From the NCBI GenBank assembly GCA_963836235.1, contig CAWIIP010000004.1, positions 320,001 to 384,000 on the forward strand: a stretch of DNA of 64,000 bases. The letters are read 5' to 3'. Below, piece after piece: positions 29,794-40,385 of the stretch. Within the stretch, counting starts at the first letter, position 1. Every line of letters starts with the position of its first letter. The notes under the pieces were generated by a model that was not told where the DNA came from, made no database searches, and saw only the letters and a list, made by a program, of their open reading frames with translations. A program made the position numbers and the translations under genes. Origin of the DNA: an uncultured Pseudomonadota bacterium (GTDB lineage Bacteria > Oederibacteriota > Muellerivitia > Muellerivitales > Muellerivitaceae).

Positions 29794-31236
29794 TTGAAGT
29801 CCTCCCGACCAGGCGGCGCGCGTCGAATAGCTCATAACACCTTTTTTCTTGGACTGAGTGAAATCATAGCCCGCTTTTCCACTTGGGCCCTCATCGCTTT
29901 TCTGGGGCGCCATTGGGCGGTTTCCCTTTACGGCCAATACGCGGTGGCCATTAATTGGGTGGCCATTTTCGCGGTGGCCAGCGAATTGGGCTTAAACGCC
30001 CTTACGGTCCGGGAGGTGGCCCACCGGAAGCAAAAAGCCTCCTTCTTCCTTCGCCATGTCCTGGTTCTTCGCTCGACTTTTTCATTTCTCTTTTGGGGGA
30101 TTCTCATCGGCATTTCCCTGGTGCTTCATTATGAGCCGCTCCTGACGATGGCTATGGGGGTGATGGGATTAAGGCTCATCCTGGATTCGATGGAAGGCGG
30201 CTATATCTACCTCTTTCAAGCCCATCAAGAAATGGGGCCTTACGCGCTAGTGAATATCCTGGGCGCGGCCATCCGGCTCACCGGGATTATCCTGGTCGTG
30301 TCGGCGGGCGCCCAGATCGTGGGGGCCAGTTCCATTTGGGTGCTGGCGAGCGCGGTGGCTTTCCTGATGATGTGGTTTATGGGTCGCAAAAGGGGGTGGA
30401 AACCGGGGTTAAAAGAATACAATCTGAATGATTCATGGAAAGTATTGAAGATGGCTTTTCCGCTGGCCACTTTTGGCGCTTTGCAGACGCTCTATTACCG
30501 GGTCGATGCGGTCATTTTGAAAAGCTTGTCGGGCAACGAAGCGGTCGGTTATTACGACATGGCGACGAGGGTTTTGCTCGTCACATTGTCTTTGTCCCAA
30601 CTTTACTCCCAAGCGGTTTACCCGGTCTTTTCCTCGGTTCAGGATAAACCGAAGGATTTTGGCATGTTGGCTTTCAAGTGTTCCAAGTTCCTTTTCTTCT
30701 TGGGCCTTCCCGTTACGGTAGGCGGTTACTTTTTGGCTGGACCACTCTTGGTCCTGATCGCGGGTCCGCAATATGTTGCCTCGGGCCCGGCCTTTTCGGT
30801 CCTGGCTCTTTCCGTCCTTCCCTTTTTTCTCGCCAATATTTACGTAGACGTCTTGGCGGTGAAGAATACTGTCCGACTCAATTTCCAATTTGTCCTATTA
30901 TTCCTACTCAACGTGGTCCTGAATTTTATTTTCATCCCCCGTTGGCAATTCGTAGGTGCGGCCTGGGCTACGGTTATTTGCGAATATTTGGGGGTATTCC
31001 TAGGGTTTGCCCTGGCGGCGCCTTATATGAAACAAATGGGGAAGGTTACCTGGGTGAAGCCCTTGCTGGCATCCATGACAGCCTGCCTCGTCATGGGATT
31101 GGGGATCTACTATTCGCCCTATCTTTATTGGCTCGTCCTGGGACCGATTGTTTATGCTATAGGCCTCTTTGTTTTCCGGGCACTTGAGCCCGAGGATTGG
31201 GCGGGTTTGAAGTCGATCCTGCGAATTTCAAATTGA
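29794..31236 (+). CDS. Wzx-type flippase
   Basis: About 12-14 TM helices, RIAHN, YYRVD..L, VGYY..A, GAAWAT. Confidence 0.88.
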   Translation: MKSSRPGGARRIAHNTFFLGLSEIIARFSTWALIAFLGRHWAVSLYGQYAVAINWVAIFAVASELGLNALTVREVAHRKQKASFFLRHVLVLRSTFSFLFWGILIGISLVLHYEPLLTMAMGVMGLRLILDSMEGGYIYLFQAHQEMGPYALVNILGAAIRLTGIILVVSAGAQIVGASSIWVLASAVAFLMMWFMGRKRGWKPGLKEYNLNDSWKVLKMAFPLATFGALQTLYYRVDAVILKSLSGNEAVGYYDMATRVLLVTLSLSQLYSQAVYPVFSSVQDKPKDFGMLAFKCSKFLFFLGLPVTVGGYFLAGPLLVLIAGPQYVASGPAFSVLALSVLPFFLANIYVDVLAVKNTVRLNFQFVLLFLLNVVLNFIFIPRWQFVGAAWATVICEYLGVFLGFALAAPYMKQMGKVTWVKPLLASMTACLVMGLGIYYSPYLYWLVLGPIVYAIGLFVFRALEPEDWAGLKSILRISN

Positions 31237-31245
31237 GGAAAAAGA

Positions 31246-32379
31246 ATGAAGCTTAAAGTTCTTTCGGTCTTCGGCACCAGGCCCGAGGCCATCAAGATGG
31301 CTCCTGTCGTGGAACGCCTCAAAGCGGCAAAGGGCATCCAATCTTATGTTTGCGTGACCGCCCAGCACCGGCACATGCTGGACCAAGTCCTGGATCTTTT
31401 TAAGATCAAGCCGGACTACGACCTGAATCTCATGAAGCCGGGGCAGGACCTGACGGATATCACGACCGGTGTTTTGAGTGGCTTAAGACCGGTGCTGAAA
31501 CAATTAAAACCGGACCTGATTCTGGCGCAGGGCGATACTACCACCGTCTTCGCGGCTTCCTTGGCGGCTTTCTATGAAAAGATTCCCATGGGCCATGTGG
31601 AGGCGGGTTTGCGAACGGGAAATGTTTATTCACCTTGGCCGGAGGAGATGAACCGTAAATTGGCCACCGCCATCGCCCGGCTTCATTTCGCGCCGACTTC
31701 CAAGGCAAAGGCCAATCTTTTGAAGGAAGGAGTCCGAAAGAAGAGTATCTTCGTGACGGGAAACACGGTCATTGACGCTCTTTTAGAAGTCGTGGTAAGG
31801 CTCAAGAAAAACCCGGACCTTCATAAATCCTTCGCCAAGCGCTTTCCTTATCTGGACCCGAAACGCAAACTTATCCTAGTCACCGGACACCGGCGGGAGA
31901 ATTTCGGGAAGGGCTTCGAGGACATTTGCCGGGCCTTGGGTGAATTGGCTCAAAGGGAAGACATTCAGATCGTCTATCCCGTTCATTTAAATCCTAATGT
32001 TCAAGAACCGGTCAAACGCATCCTTTCCAACCACAAGCGCGTACATCTGGTCGAGCCCCAAGACTATTTACCCTTTGTGTTTTTAATGAGCCACGCCTAT
32101 CTTATTCTCACCGATTCGGGCGGTGTGCAGGAAGAAGCGCCTTCGCTGGGGAAGCCCGTGCTGGTCATGCGGGATACGACAGAACGCCCTGAGGCGGTCG
32201 AAGCCGGAACCGTGATTTTGGTGGGAACCGATCGGCGCAGAATCGTCAAGGAAACCCAAAGGCTTCTGGACGAACCTCGGCAGTACCAAAAGATGACCCG
32301 GGCTCACAATCCTTATGGTGATGGCCACGCTTCCGAAAGAATCGTCAAACAAATCCTGAAGTTCGGAGCCTCTCATTGA
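31246..32379 (+). CDS. wecB: UDP-N-acetylglucosamine 2-epimerase (non-hydrolysing)
   Basis: [35 protein letters not shown]. Confidence 0.96.
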   Translation: MKLKVLSVFGTRPEAIKMAPVVERLKAAKGIQSYVCVTAQHRHMLDQVLDLFKIKPDYDLNLMKPGQDLTDITTGVLSGLRPVLKQLKPDLILAQGDTTTVFAASLAAFYEKIPMGHVEAGLRTGNVYSPWPEEMNRKLATAIARLHFAPTSKAKANLLKEGVRKKSIFVTGNTVIDALLEVVVRLKKNPDLHKSFAKRFPYLDPKRKLILVTGHRRENFGKGFEDICRALGELAQREDIQIVYPVHLNPNVQEPVKRILSNHKRVHLVEPQDYLPFVFLMSHAYLILTDSGGVQEEAPSLGKPVLVMRDTTERPEAVEAGTVILVGTDRRRIVKETQRLLDEPRQYQKMTRAHNPYGDGHASERIVKQILKFGASH

Positions 32380-33626
32380 AACTGGCTTTTAACAAGATAT
32401 CGGTCATCGGCTTAGGTTATATAGGCCTGCCGACGGCGGCCACCTTGGCCAGCCGGGGCGTGGAAGTCACCGGCGTGGACGTGAACCCCAAAGCGGTGGA
32501 GGCCATCAACCGGGGCCAAATCCATATCGTCGAGCCAGACTTGGACGCGGTTGTCCACCAGGTCGTAGCCGCGGGAAAACTCAAGGCTGTTTCCAAACCC
32601 GAATCGGCGGAAGCCTTCATCATCGCGGTGCCGACTCCCTTCAAAGGCCAGCATGAGCCGGATCTTTCTTATATTGAGGATGCAGCCAGGTCCATCGCCC
32701 CGGTGCTGGCCAAGGGCAACCTGGTCATTCTGGAATCAACCTCACCCGTGGGGGCCACCGAAAAACTATCGCTTTGGCTTTCCGAAGCCCGAAAAGACCT
32801 CTCTTTTCCTCATCAAAAGGGCAGTGATTCCGACATCCGCGTAGCCTATTGCCCGGAGCGGGTTTTGCCGGGGCATGTCTTGAAAGAGATTGTGGAGAAT
32901 GACCGGGTCATCGGCGGCTTGAGCCCTTTATGTTCCGAAAAAGCCAAAGCGCTCTATAAGATTTTTGTCTTGGGCGAATGTTTGGTGACAAACGCACGCA
33001 CCGCCGAGATGTGCAAATTGACCGAAAACGCCTATCGGGACGTCAATATCGCCTTCGCCAACGAGCTTTCACTGATTTGCGAGAAGCTTAATATCAACGT
33101 GTGGGAATTGGTGCGACTGGCCAACCACCATCCCCGAGTGAAGATTCTCCAGCCCGGCCCCGGCGTGGGCGGACATTGCATTGCCGTGGACCCCTGGTTC
33201 ATCGTGGATTCGGCACCCGAATTGGCCCGGCTCATCAAGACTTCGCGGGAAGTGAACGATGGAAAGCCGCAGCATGTGGTTTCCCGCGTGAAGGAAGCGG
33301 TCATGGGGATCAAGAACCCCACCATCGCCTGCCTGGGATTGGCCTTCAAGGCGGATATCGATGACTTAAGGGAATCGCCCGCCATGGATATCACCCAACA
33401 CTTGGCCCAGGATAAAGTCGGAAATCTTTTGGTGGTAGAACCTCACGTGGAAACTCTGCCATCTTCGCTGGGTTCTTTTCCCAATGTCCGATTAGTAGAA
33501 CTGGATGAGGCATTGAAGCAATCCCAAGTTGTTCTCCTTCTGGTCAATCACCGGCCCTTCTATGATGTGGACCGCAAAGTTTTGGAAGGCAAAAAGATTA
33601 TCGACACCCGGGGAGTATGGCGGTGA
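32376..33626 (+). CDS. wecC: UDP-N-acetyl-D-mannosamine dehydrogenase
   Basis: [34 protein letters not shown]. Confidence 0.94.
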   Translation: MKLAFNKISVIGLGYIGLPTAATLASRGVEVTGVDVNPKAVEAINRGQIHIVEPDLDAVVHQVVAAGKLKAVSKPESAEAFIIAVPTPFKGQHEPDLSYIEDAARSIAPVLAKGNLVILESTSPVGATEKLSLWLSEARKDLSFPHQKGSDSDIRVAYCPERVLPGHVLKEIVENDRVIGGLSPLCSEKAKALYKIFVLGECLVTNARTAEMCKLTENAYRDVNIAFANELSLICEKLNINVWELVRLANHHPRVKILQPGPGVGGHCIAVDPWFIVDSAPELARLIKTSREVNDGKPQHVVSRVKEAVMGIKNPTIACLGLAFKADIDDLRESPAMDITQHLAQDKVGNLLVVEPHVETLPSSLGSFPNVRLVELDEALKQSQVVLLLVNHRPFYDVDRKVLEGKKIIDTRGVWR

Positions 33627-35758
33627 AACAAGTTCTTATCCGTCAGGGAAAAATAGTGGTGGAGGAAGTACCGGCCCCCATGGTGGAGCCGGGGCGGGTG
33701 TTGGTTCAGGTTTCCCATTCCTGTGTTTCGGCGGGTACGGAAATGAGCAACGTCAAGGACGGCGGCCTGCCGATTTGGAAAAAAGCCCTTCGCCAGCCGG
33801 AGAAAGTCAAACAGGTCCTCCGAATGGTCCAGGAAGAAGGTCTTTGGTCCACCCAATCCCGGGTTCGTAAAAAGCTCCAAACCGGCAAACCCATGGGTTA
33901 TTCCGCAGCGGGGGTTGTTCTCGAGAAGGGGAAGGGCATTACGGGTTTATCCATCGGTGATCGCGTCGCTTGCGCGGGCGCCGAAATCGCGAATCACGCC
34001 GAAATGATCCTGGTCCCCCAAAACCTGACCGTTCCTGTTCCTAAAAGCCTTGATTTCCCTTCCGCCGCCACCGTTACTCTAGGCTCCATCGCCTTGCAAG
34101 GTGTCCGCCGCGCCCATCCCACCATGGGTGAAACCTTCGTAGTGATCGGCCTGGGGCTCCTCGGCCAATTGACCATTCAGATGTTGAAGGCCAACGGTTG
34201 CCGCGTCATCGGCACGGATCTGGACCGAGACCGCCTGAACCTAGCCGGGAAAATGGGCGCGGATTTCGCAATCGCCACCGACGGCCAAAACCTGTTGGAA
34301 CAAATCTCCCGCCTCACGGATGGGACGGGTGCGGACGGGGTGCTGATCACCGCCGCCACGCCCTCCAGCGAGGTGGTTTCCACCGCCTTCCAATTGTGCC
34401 GCCGCAAGGGACGGGTGGTTTTAGTGGGGGACGTAGGGCTGAATTTGAAACGCGCGGACTTTTATTCCAAGGAACTGGATTTTTTCATTTCCACTTCCTA
34501 TGGCCCTGGCCGTTATGACCCGCTTTATGAGGAAAAGGGGATGGATTATCCCATTTCCTACGTCCGTTGGACCGAAAACCGGAATATGCGGGAATATTTG
34601 CGGCTCCTGGCCGACCAAAAATTACAGGTCGAACCCCTCATCCACTCGGTTTTCCAAGTGGAAAAGGCTTCCCAGGCTTATCACGTTTTAAGTTCGGGGA
34701 AGCCACGCCCCATGATCGTGCTTTTGTCTTATCCCCAAGACAAGGGGAAGGAAATCACCCGGGTCATCCCGAATCCCATGGCCCATGCATCCTCCCAAAA
34801 GAAAATCCGCCTGGCGGTCGTCGGGGCCGGTGGTTTCGCCAAGGGTATGCACCTACCCAACCTCCAGGCACTCTCCCACCATTACCATTTGAGGGCGGTC
34901 ATCAGCCGCACGGGCGCCAACGCCAACGCGACGGCACGGCAATTCGGGGCTGATTACGCCTCCACGGATTTCGCCGAAGTCTTGAAAGACAAGGAAACCG
35001 ACGCGGTCTTGATCGCCACCCGCCACCATTCGCACGCTTCCATGGCGCTGGAAGCCCTCAAAGCAGGCAAGCATGTCATGGTGGAAAAGCCGCTGGGTTT
35101 GAATGAAAAGGAATTGGCGTCGATCGAAAAATTTTACGAAAAGTCCGAGGGAAAGCCCGTGCTTCTGACCGGGTTCAACCGCCGCTTTTCAAAATATGCC
35201 AGGGCATTGCACGAGGCCGTCCAAAAGCGGACCAATCCCATGATCCTCAATTACCGCATGAACGCCGGCCATATCTCCCTGGACCATTGGGTGCATGGCG
35301 AGGAGGGCGGAGGGCGCAATGTTGGGGAAGCCTGCCACATCTACGATCTCTTTACCTATCTCACGGGCGCCAAAATAGTGAAAGTGGAAGCCCAAATGAT
35401 CAAGCCCACAACCGAATATTACAGCGCCTCGGATAATTTTGTGGCCACTCTTTCGTTTGACGATGGGTCGGTTGCGACCTTGACTTATACGGCCCTTGGT
35501 TCCAAGGACTATCCCAAGGAACTTTTAGAAATATATGTAGACGGCAAGGTAATCGCTCTGAACGATTACAAGGAAATCACGGCCTCCGGGGTTTCGGTTC
35601 CACGGCTTTTGGGGAAGGTTTCGGATAAAGGGCAGAAGGAAGAGTTGGAAGCCTTCGCTCACACGATCCAAAAGGGCGGGGAATGGCCTATCCCTCTCTG
35701 GCAGCAATTGCAGGCCAGTCGAATCGCTTTGAAAGTCGAAGAGTTTTTAAAGATTTAA
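33617..35758 (+). CDS. Bi-domain oxidoreductase (MDR/Zn-ADH-like plus Gfo/Idh/MocA)
   Basis: SAGTE..GYSAAG, GLGLLG, SYGPGRYD, then GAGGFA, EKP, GFNRRF, GEACH. Confidence 0.88.
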   Translation: MAVKQVLIRQGKIVVEEVPAPMVEPGRVLVQVSHSCVSAGTEMSNVKDGGLPIWKKALRQPEKVKQVLRMVQEEGLWSTQSRVRKKLQTGKPMGYSAAGVVLEKGKGITGLSIGDRVACAGAEIANHAEMILVPQNLTVPVPKSLDFPSAATVTLGSIALQGVRRAHPTMGETFVVIGLGLLGQLTIQMLKANGCRVIGTDLDRDRLNLAGKMGADFAIATDGQNLLEQISRLTDGTGADGVLITAATPSSEVVSTAFQLCRRKGRVVLVGDVGLNLKRADFYSKELDFFISTSYGPGRYDPLYEEKGMDYPISYVRWTENRNMREYLRLLADQKLQVEPLIHSVFQVEKASQAYHVLSSGKPRPMIVLLSYPQDKGKEITRVIPNPMAHASSQKKIRLAVVGAGGFAKGMHLPNLQALSHHYHLRAVISRTGANANATARQFGADYASTDFAEVLKDKETDAVLIATRHHSHASMALEALKAGKHVMVEKPLGLNEKELASIEKFYEKSEGKPVLLTGFNRRFSKYARALHEAVQKRTNPMILNYRMNAGHISLDHWVHGEEGGGRNVGEACHIYDLFTYLTGAKIVKVEAQMIKPTTEYYSASDNFVATLSFDDGSVATLTYTALGSKDYPKELLEIYVDGKVIALNDYKEITASGVSVPRLLGKVSDKGQKEELEAFAHTIQKGGEWPIPLWQQLQASRIALKVEEFLKI

Positions 35759-35874
35759 TCTGAATTATGTTTGTTCTTTTGTTTCTTCCGTGCTTTCTCC
35801 CCTAAAAACTATTCATTTTCTGTCTTTTTCTTTATTATAAGCCTGATTTTGAACCTAAAACCAATTCTGGAAAA

Positions 35875-36648
35875 ATGAAAACCTTAAAGCAAATCATCCA
35901 CCAGGGCAAAAGAAGACTCCTCCAAATGCATTATGAGAGCGGGGTGGGCCACATCGGGGGGAACCTCTCCTGCCTGGATATCCTGATGGTCCTCCACCAT
36001 CGGGTCATGAAACCCGAGGACACATTTATCCTTTCCAAAGGCCATGCCGCCGGGGCCCTCTATATCACCCTTTGGTCCCTGGACAAGATCACGGATGCGG
36101 ATCTCAAGCTTTTCCACAAAGAACCCACAAAATTGAGCGGCCATCCGGCCCCCCGTTGGAAAGAGGAAATCCCCTTCGCCACCGGAAGCCTGGGTCACGG
36201 TTTTTCCCTGGCGGCGGGCCAGGCCCTGGCCAAGCGGCTTCAAGGTAAACCAGGCCGAATTTTTTGCCTGACTTCCGACGGCGAATGGCAGGAAGGCTCC
36301 AATTGGGAAGCCCTGATCTTCACCGCCCATCAAAAGTTATCGAATCTCACCCTCATTGTTGACGCCAATGGCCTGCAGGGTTTTGGGACGACCAAAGAAG
36401 TGGCCGGTATGGATAACCTCCTCGAACGATTCAAATCTTTTGGCTTGCCCGTGAGCGAGGTCGAGGGTCATGACACGGAGGCGCTGGAAAAGGTCCTCAG
36501 CTCAAACCGGCCGGGGCCCCGGGTGGTTATCGCCCATACGACTAAGGGCAAAAACATTTCCTTCATGGAAAACAAGATGGAATGGCATTACCTCCCCTTA
36601 AAAGAAGATCAATACAAAAAAGCCCTCGAAGAACTGGGGGAAGCGTGA
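35875..36648 (+). CDS. Transketolase-like N-terminal (TPP-binding) subunit
   Basis: GHIGG, LSKGHA, GHP, TGSLGHG, SDGEWQEG, KGK..WH. Confidence 0.9.
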   Translation: MKTLKQIIHQGKRRLLQMHYESGVGHIGGNLSCLDILMVLHHRVMKPEDTFILSKGHAAGALYITLWSLDKITDADLKLFHKEPTKLSGHPAPRWKEEIPFATGSLGHGFSLAAGQALAKRLQGKPGRIFCLTSDGEWQEGSNWEALIFTAHQKLSNLTLIVDANGLQGFGTTKEVAGMDNLLERFKSFGLPVSEVEGHDTEALEKVLSSNRPGPRVVIAHTTKGKNISFMENKMEWHYLPLKEDQYKKALEELGEA

Positions 36649-37550
36649 GAAACGAATTCTGCGACAGCCTGGTCAAGCGCGCCTCCGATCCCAATTTCGT
36701 TTTTCTCACTGGGGACCTGGGCTATATGGCCCTAGAACCTCTCCAGAAAGCCGCGGGAGCCCGCTTTATCAACGCCGGAGTGGCGGAACAAAACATGGTT
36801 TCGGTGGCGGCGGGGTTGGCCAGCCAGGGCCTGAGGCCTTGGGCCTATAGCATCGCCCCCTTTATTTACGCCCGGCCCCTGGAACAGGTTCGCAACGACG
36901 TCTGCCTGCATGACCTGCCGGTTACTTTGGTAGGAAACGGCGGCGGTTACGCCTATGGTGTCATGGGCGGCACCCACCATGCCATCGAGGATTATGGAAT
37001 CTTGCTATCGCTCCAGCACATGCGGGTCTTCGTGCCCGCCTTCGGGGCGGATGTGGAACCCGCCGTTGAACGCATCCTCCAATTGGGCCATCCCGCATAT
37101 CTGCGTTTGGGAAGGGACGAGAAACCCAAGGAAGCGGATCCGGGTCCTTACGCCCCTTGGCGGAAGGTTCTTTCGGGTGGCGGTCCAGTGATGGCCGTGG
37201 TGGGCCCTATTGCCGGAGCCTTGATGCAAGACTTCGCCGTTTTGGAAACATCCAAGCGCCCCAATCTTTGGGTACTGGCTGAACTTCCCCTGGAAGAAAA
37301 AACTATTCCTGGCCAGTTCCTGAAGGATATCGAAGCCAACGGCCAATTGGCGGTGGTGGAGGAACATGTGGCCCATGGAAGCGCCGGGGAAATGATCGCG
37401 CGGTTCCTGCTTCTCGCCGGGCGGGCGCCGAAGAAATTCAGCCATTTCTGCGCCCAAGGCTATCTCTCGGGTTATTATGGGTCCCAAGGTTTTCACCGCA
37501 AGGAATGCGGCCTGACCTCGGAAAATATCCTGAAAGAGATCGGCGCCTGA
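36645..37550 (+). CDS. Transketolase-like C-terminal subunit
   Basis: LTGDLG, NAGVAEQNM, GTHHAIED, YLRL, EEH; GTG 36645 coupled to upstream stop. Confidence 0.9.
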   Translation: MRNEFCDSLVKRASDPNFVFLTGDLGYMALEPLQKAAGARFINAGVAEQNMVSVAAGLASQGLRPWAYSIAPFIYARPLEQVRNDVCLHDLPVTLVGNGGGYAYGVMGGTHHAIEDYGILLSLQHMRVFVPAFGADVEPAVERILQLGHPAYLRLGRDEKPKEADPGPYAPWRKVLSGGGPVMAVVGPIAGALMQDFAVLETSKRPNLWVLAELPLEEKTIPGQFLKDIEANGQLAVVEEHVAHGSAGEMIARFLLLAGRAPKKFSHFCAQGYLSGYYGSQGFHRKECGLTSENILKEIGA

Positions 37551-39511
37551 TGAACCTCCAAGAAAAGGCGAAGCTTCTTCAAGGTCCTATTCTCATTCTC
37601 GGTTCCAGCGGTTTTATCGGGGCAGTGCTTTTGAGGACGCTTTTGAAATATCGGGAAGATGTATACGGGACGGTTTTCCATACCCCCGCCTGGCGGCTGG
37701 ATGGTTTACCCGCGAAAAACATTCTCCAGGCGGACCTGCTGGTGGACGTGAACCTCGACGACCTCCTCGCCCAAACCGATCCCAAGACGGTCTTCAATTG
37801 CGTGGCCTATGGGGCCTATTCCTTCGAGACCCAAAGCGACCTTATCTACCAGACCAATTTTAACCTCACCACGAAAATCCTGAAGCGATTGTCAAAAAAG
37901 GGCATCGCGGCCTATGTGCACGCCGGAAGTTCCTCCGAATATGGGGACAAGGCCTCGGGCCCCTCGGAAACCCTTCTTCCCGAACCCAACAGCGATTACG
38001 CCGTTTCCAAGGTGGCCAGTGCCAATGCCATTCACTATTACGGAAAGAAGAAACAGCTTCCCTGCGCCAACTTGAGACTCTATTCGGTTTACGGTCCCTA
38101 TGAGGATTCCTCCCGTCTTGTTCCCGTCGTCGTCAAGACGGGGCTGGAAGGGAAGTATCCGGACTTTGTGAACCCCGACATTTCCCGGGATTTCATTTAT
38201 ATCGACGATGTCTGCGAAGCCTTTCTGGATACGGCGCTCAACTTGAAGCGGGCCCAATACGGGGATTCCTTCAATATCGGAAGCGGGGTCAAGACCACCA
38301 TCGCCGACGTTGCCAAAGTTTCGGGAGACCTATTCCAGATCAAAGGGAAGCCCGCCTTCCAATCCATGGAAAACCGTTCCTGGGACGTGAAAGACTGGTT
38401 CGCCAATACGGAAAAAACCAAGGAGTTTTTAGGCTGGGAGGCCAAGACCTCCTTCGCCGAAGGGTTGAAGGCCACCTCTCAATGGTACGCGGGCCTGGAA
38501 AGCCAAGAGAAGTATTTCCAATCCTCCAAGAAATTCCAGCTCGATACCAAGCACAGCGTCTCCGCCATCATCGCCTGTTATAAAGACGGGCAGGCCATTC
38601 CCATCATGTACGAAAGGCTCAAGGCTACCTTTCAAAAGTTGAAGATCGACTATGAGATCATTTTCGTCAACGACAACAGCCCGGACAACAGCGAGGAAGT
38701 GATCACCGAGCTTTCCCGCAAGGACAGGCGGGTTGTGGGGGTTTCTCACTCGAGAAATTTCGGCTCCCAATCGGCTTTCCGAAGCGGAATGGAGATCTCG
38801 ACCAAAAATTCCTGCGTGCTCTTGGACGGCGACCTGCAGGACACGCCGGAGCTGATCGAGCAATTCGTAGAAAAATGGGCCGAGGGGTATGATGTGGTTT
38901 TTGGAAGGCGGGTGAAGAGGGATGCCCCATTTTACATGCAGTTGGCCTATAAGCTTTTTTACCGGGTCTTCGATTATTTTTCCTATTTGAACATCCCCCG
39001 TGACGCTGGGGACTTTTCCCTACTTGACCGGCGGGTAGTTCGGGCCATTTTGCAGTTTCCAGAGAGGGATTTCTTTTTGAGGGGGATCCGGGCCTACGTG
39101 GGCTTCAAGCAAATCGGCGTGGATTACGTGAGGCCAGAACGGATGTTCGGGCGCTCCACCAATAATTTGGGGAAGAACCTGGATTGGGCAAAAAAGGGCA
39201 TTCTTTCGTTCAGCTATACCCCCTTAACCATATTGAGCTTTGTGGGAACATTGTTGTTTTTTGTGAGTTTACTAGTGGGGGGCATCCAGGTGGCATTAAG
39301 GCTTCTGTATCCAGACTTGGCCCCCAAAGGCGTGACGACGACCCTTCTTCTGATCCTGTTCTTCGGCTCCATCAATTTGTTCGCCATGGCCATCATCGGT
39401 GAGTATATCGCCAAGATTTTCGAGGAAGTCAAACAAAGGCCCGCTTTCGTACGCCGCAGTATCATCAAAGACGGGGAAGTTCGGTTCGTTTCGGAAACCC
39501 AAAAAAGTTGA
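37550..39511 (+). CDS. NAD-dependent epimerase/reductase fused to GtrB/ArnC-like GT2
   Basis: N-half GSSGFIG, GSSSEYG, YAVSK; C-half SRNFG, DGDLQD.P, GDFSLLD, two TM helices, GEYIAKIFEEVKQRP. Confidence 0.88.
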   Translation: MNLQEKAKLLQGPILILGSSGFIGAVLLRTLLKYREDVYGTVFHTPAWRLDGLPAKNILQADLLVDVNLDDLLAQTDPKTVFNCVAYGAYSFETQSDLIYQTNFNLTTKILKRLSKKGIAAYVHAGSSSEYGDKASGPSETLLPEPNSDYAVSKVASANAIHYYGKKKQLPCANLRLYSVYGPYEDSSRLVPVVVKTGLEGKYPDFVNPDISRDFIYIDDVCEAFLDTALNLKRAQYGDSFNIGSGVKTTIADVAKVSGDLFQIKGKPAFQSMENRSWDVKDWFANTEKTKEFLGWEAKTSFAEGLKATSQWYAGLESQEKYFQSSKKFQLDTKHSVSAIIACYKDGQAIPIMYERLKATFQKLKIDYEIIFVNDNSPDNSEEVITELSRKDRRVVGVSHSRNFGSQSAFRSGMEISTKNSCVLLDGDLQDTPELIEQFVEKWAEGYDVVFGRRVKRDAPFYMQLAYKLFYRVFDYFSYLNIPRDAGDFSLLDRRVVRAILQFPERDFFLRGIRAYVGFKQIGVDYVRPERMFGRSTNNLGKNLDWAKKGILSFSYTPLTILSFVGTLLFFVSLLVGGIQVALRLLYPDLAPKGVTTTLLLILFFGSINLFAMAIIGEYIAKIFEEVKQRPAFVRRSIIKDGEVRFVSETQKS

Positions 39512-39539
39512 AATTCAAATAAAACCCTAGGGGCTTCAG

Positions 39540-40364
39540 GTGGAAACGAAAATCAATCCCGCCGATCAAAGGCGCAACCTTCTGCAAGGCGGGAAGGAAT
39601 ATTGGAAGCCTCCCGTTTATTCCAACCATCCCGGGTTGGTTCAAAAAATAAAACTCAGCCTTTTTCGTTTTTTAGACCTGCAGGCAGGGACTATCTGGCG
39701 GGACTTGAGGACCGAGCTTCCCCAAGTCAAAGGAACGGTTGTGGACGCGGGATGCGGGATTCAGCCTTTTCGAAACCTTCTTTCCGCCGGGACGCGTTAC
39801 ATCGGCCTGGACTCTGTGAATTCGGAGGAACACTTCGGTTACGAAACACCCGATACCCTATATTATTCGGGGGTAGTTTGGCCCCTTTCTGATGGCGCCG
39901 CGGACTTCATTCTTTGCACCGAAACCCTGGAGCATATTCCTGAACCCGCGCCCTTTCTGGGGGAGGCCTTCCGTTGTCTAAAACCCGGCGGACGTCTGTT
40001 ATTGACCGTTCCCTTCGCGGCCCGCTGGCATTTCATTCCCTACGACTATTGGCGCTATACTCCCTCGGGATTGGAAATTCTTTTAGGGAAAGCTGGTTTT
40101 TCCTCCATTCGGGTCTTCGCCCGCGGCAATCAGGTTACAGTGGCTTGTTACAAGGTCATGGCGGTGGTCTTCGCCCTTTTGCATCCGGTCAGCCCGCATT
40201 TCCCCATCCGCTTTTTATCCCTTTTCGCGGGCGCGCTGAGTCTTCCGCTTTTATTCGTGACGGCGGTCCTGGCCAATCTAACGATGGGTTTTGACGGATG
40301 GGCGGATTGCCTCGGCTACACGGTTTGGGCCGAAAGGCCCCGAAAGGACGATCCGGCTCCATGA
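39540..40364 (+). CDS. Class I SAM-dependent methyltransferase
   Basis: VDAGCG, TETLEH, LKPGG, H..PYDYWRYT. Confidence 0.85.
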   Translation: METKINPADQRRNLLQGGKEYWKPPVYSNHPGLVQKIKLSLFRFLDLQAGTIWRDLRTELPQVKGTVVDAGCGIQPFRNLLSAGTRYIGLDSVNSEEHFGYETPDTLYYSGVVWPLSDGAADFILCTETLEHIPEPAPFLGEAFRCLKPGGRLLLTVPFAARWHFIPYDYWRYTPSGLEILLGKAGFSSIRVFARGNQVTVACYKVMAVVFALLHPVSPHFPIRFLSLFAGALSLPLLFVTAVLANLTMGFDGWADCLGYTVWAERPRKDDPAP

Positions 40365-40385
40365 AAAAGAGGAAAGGTATTTGAA

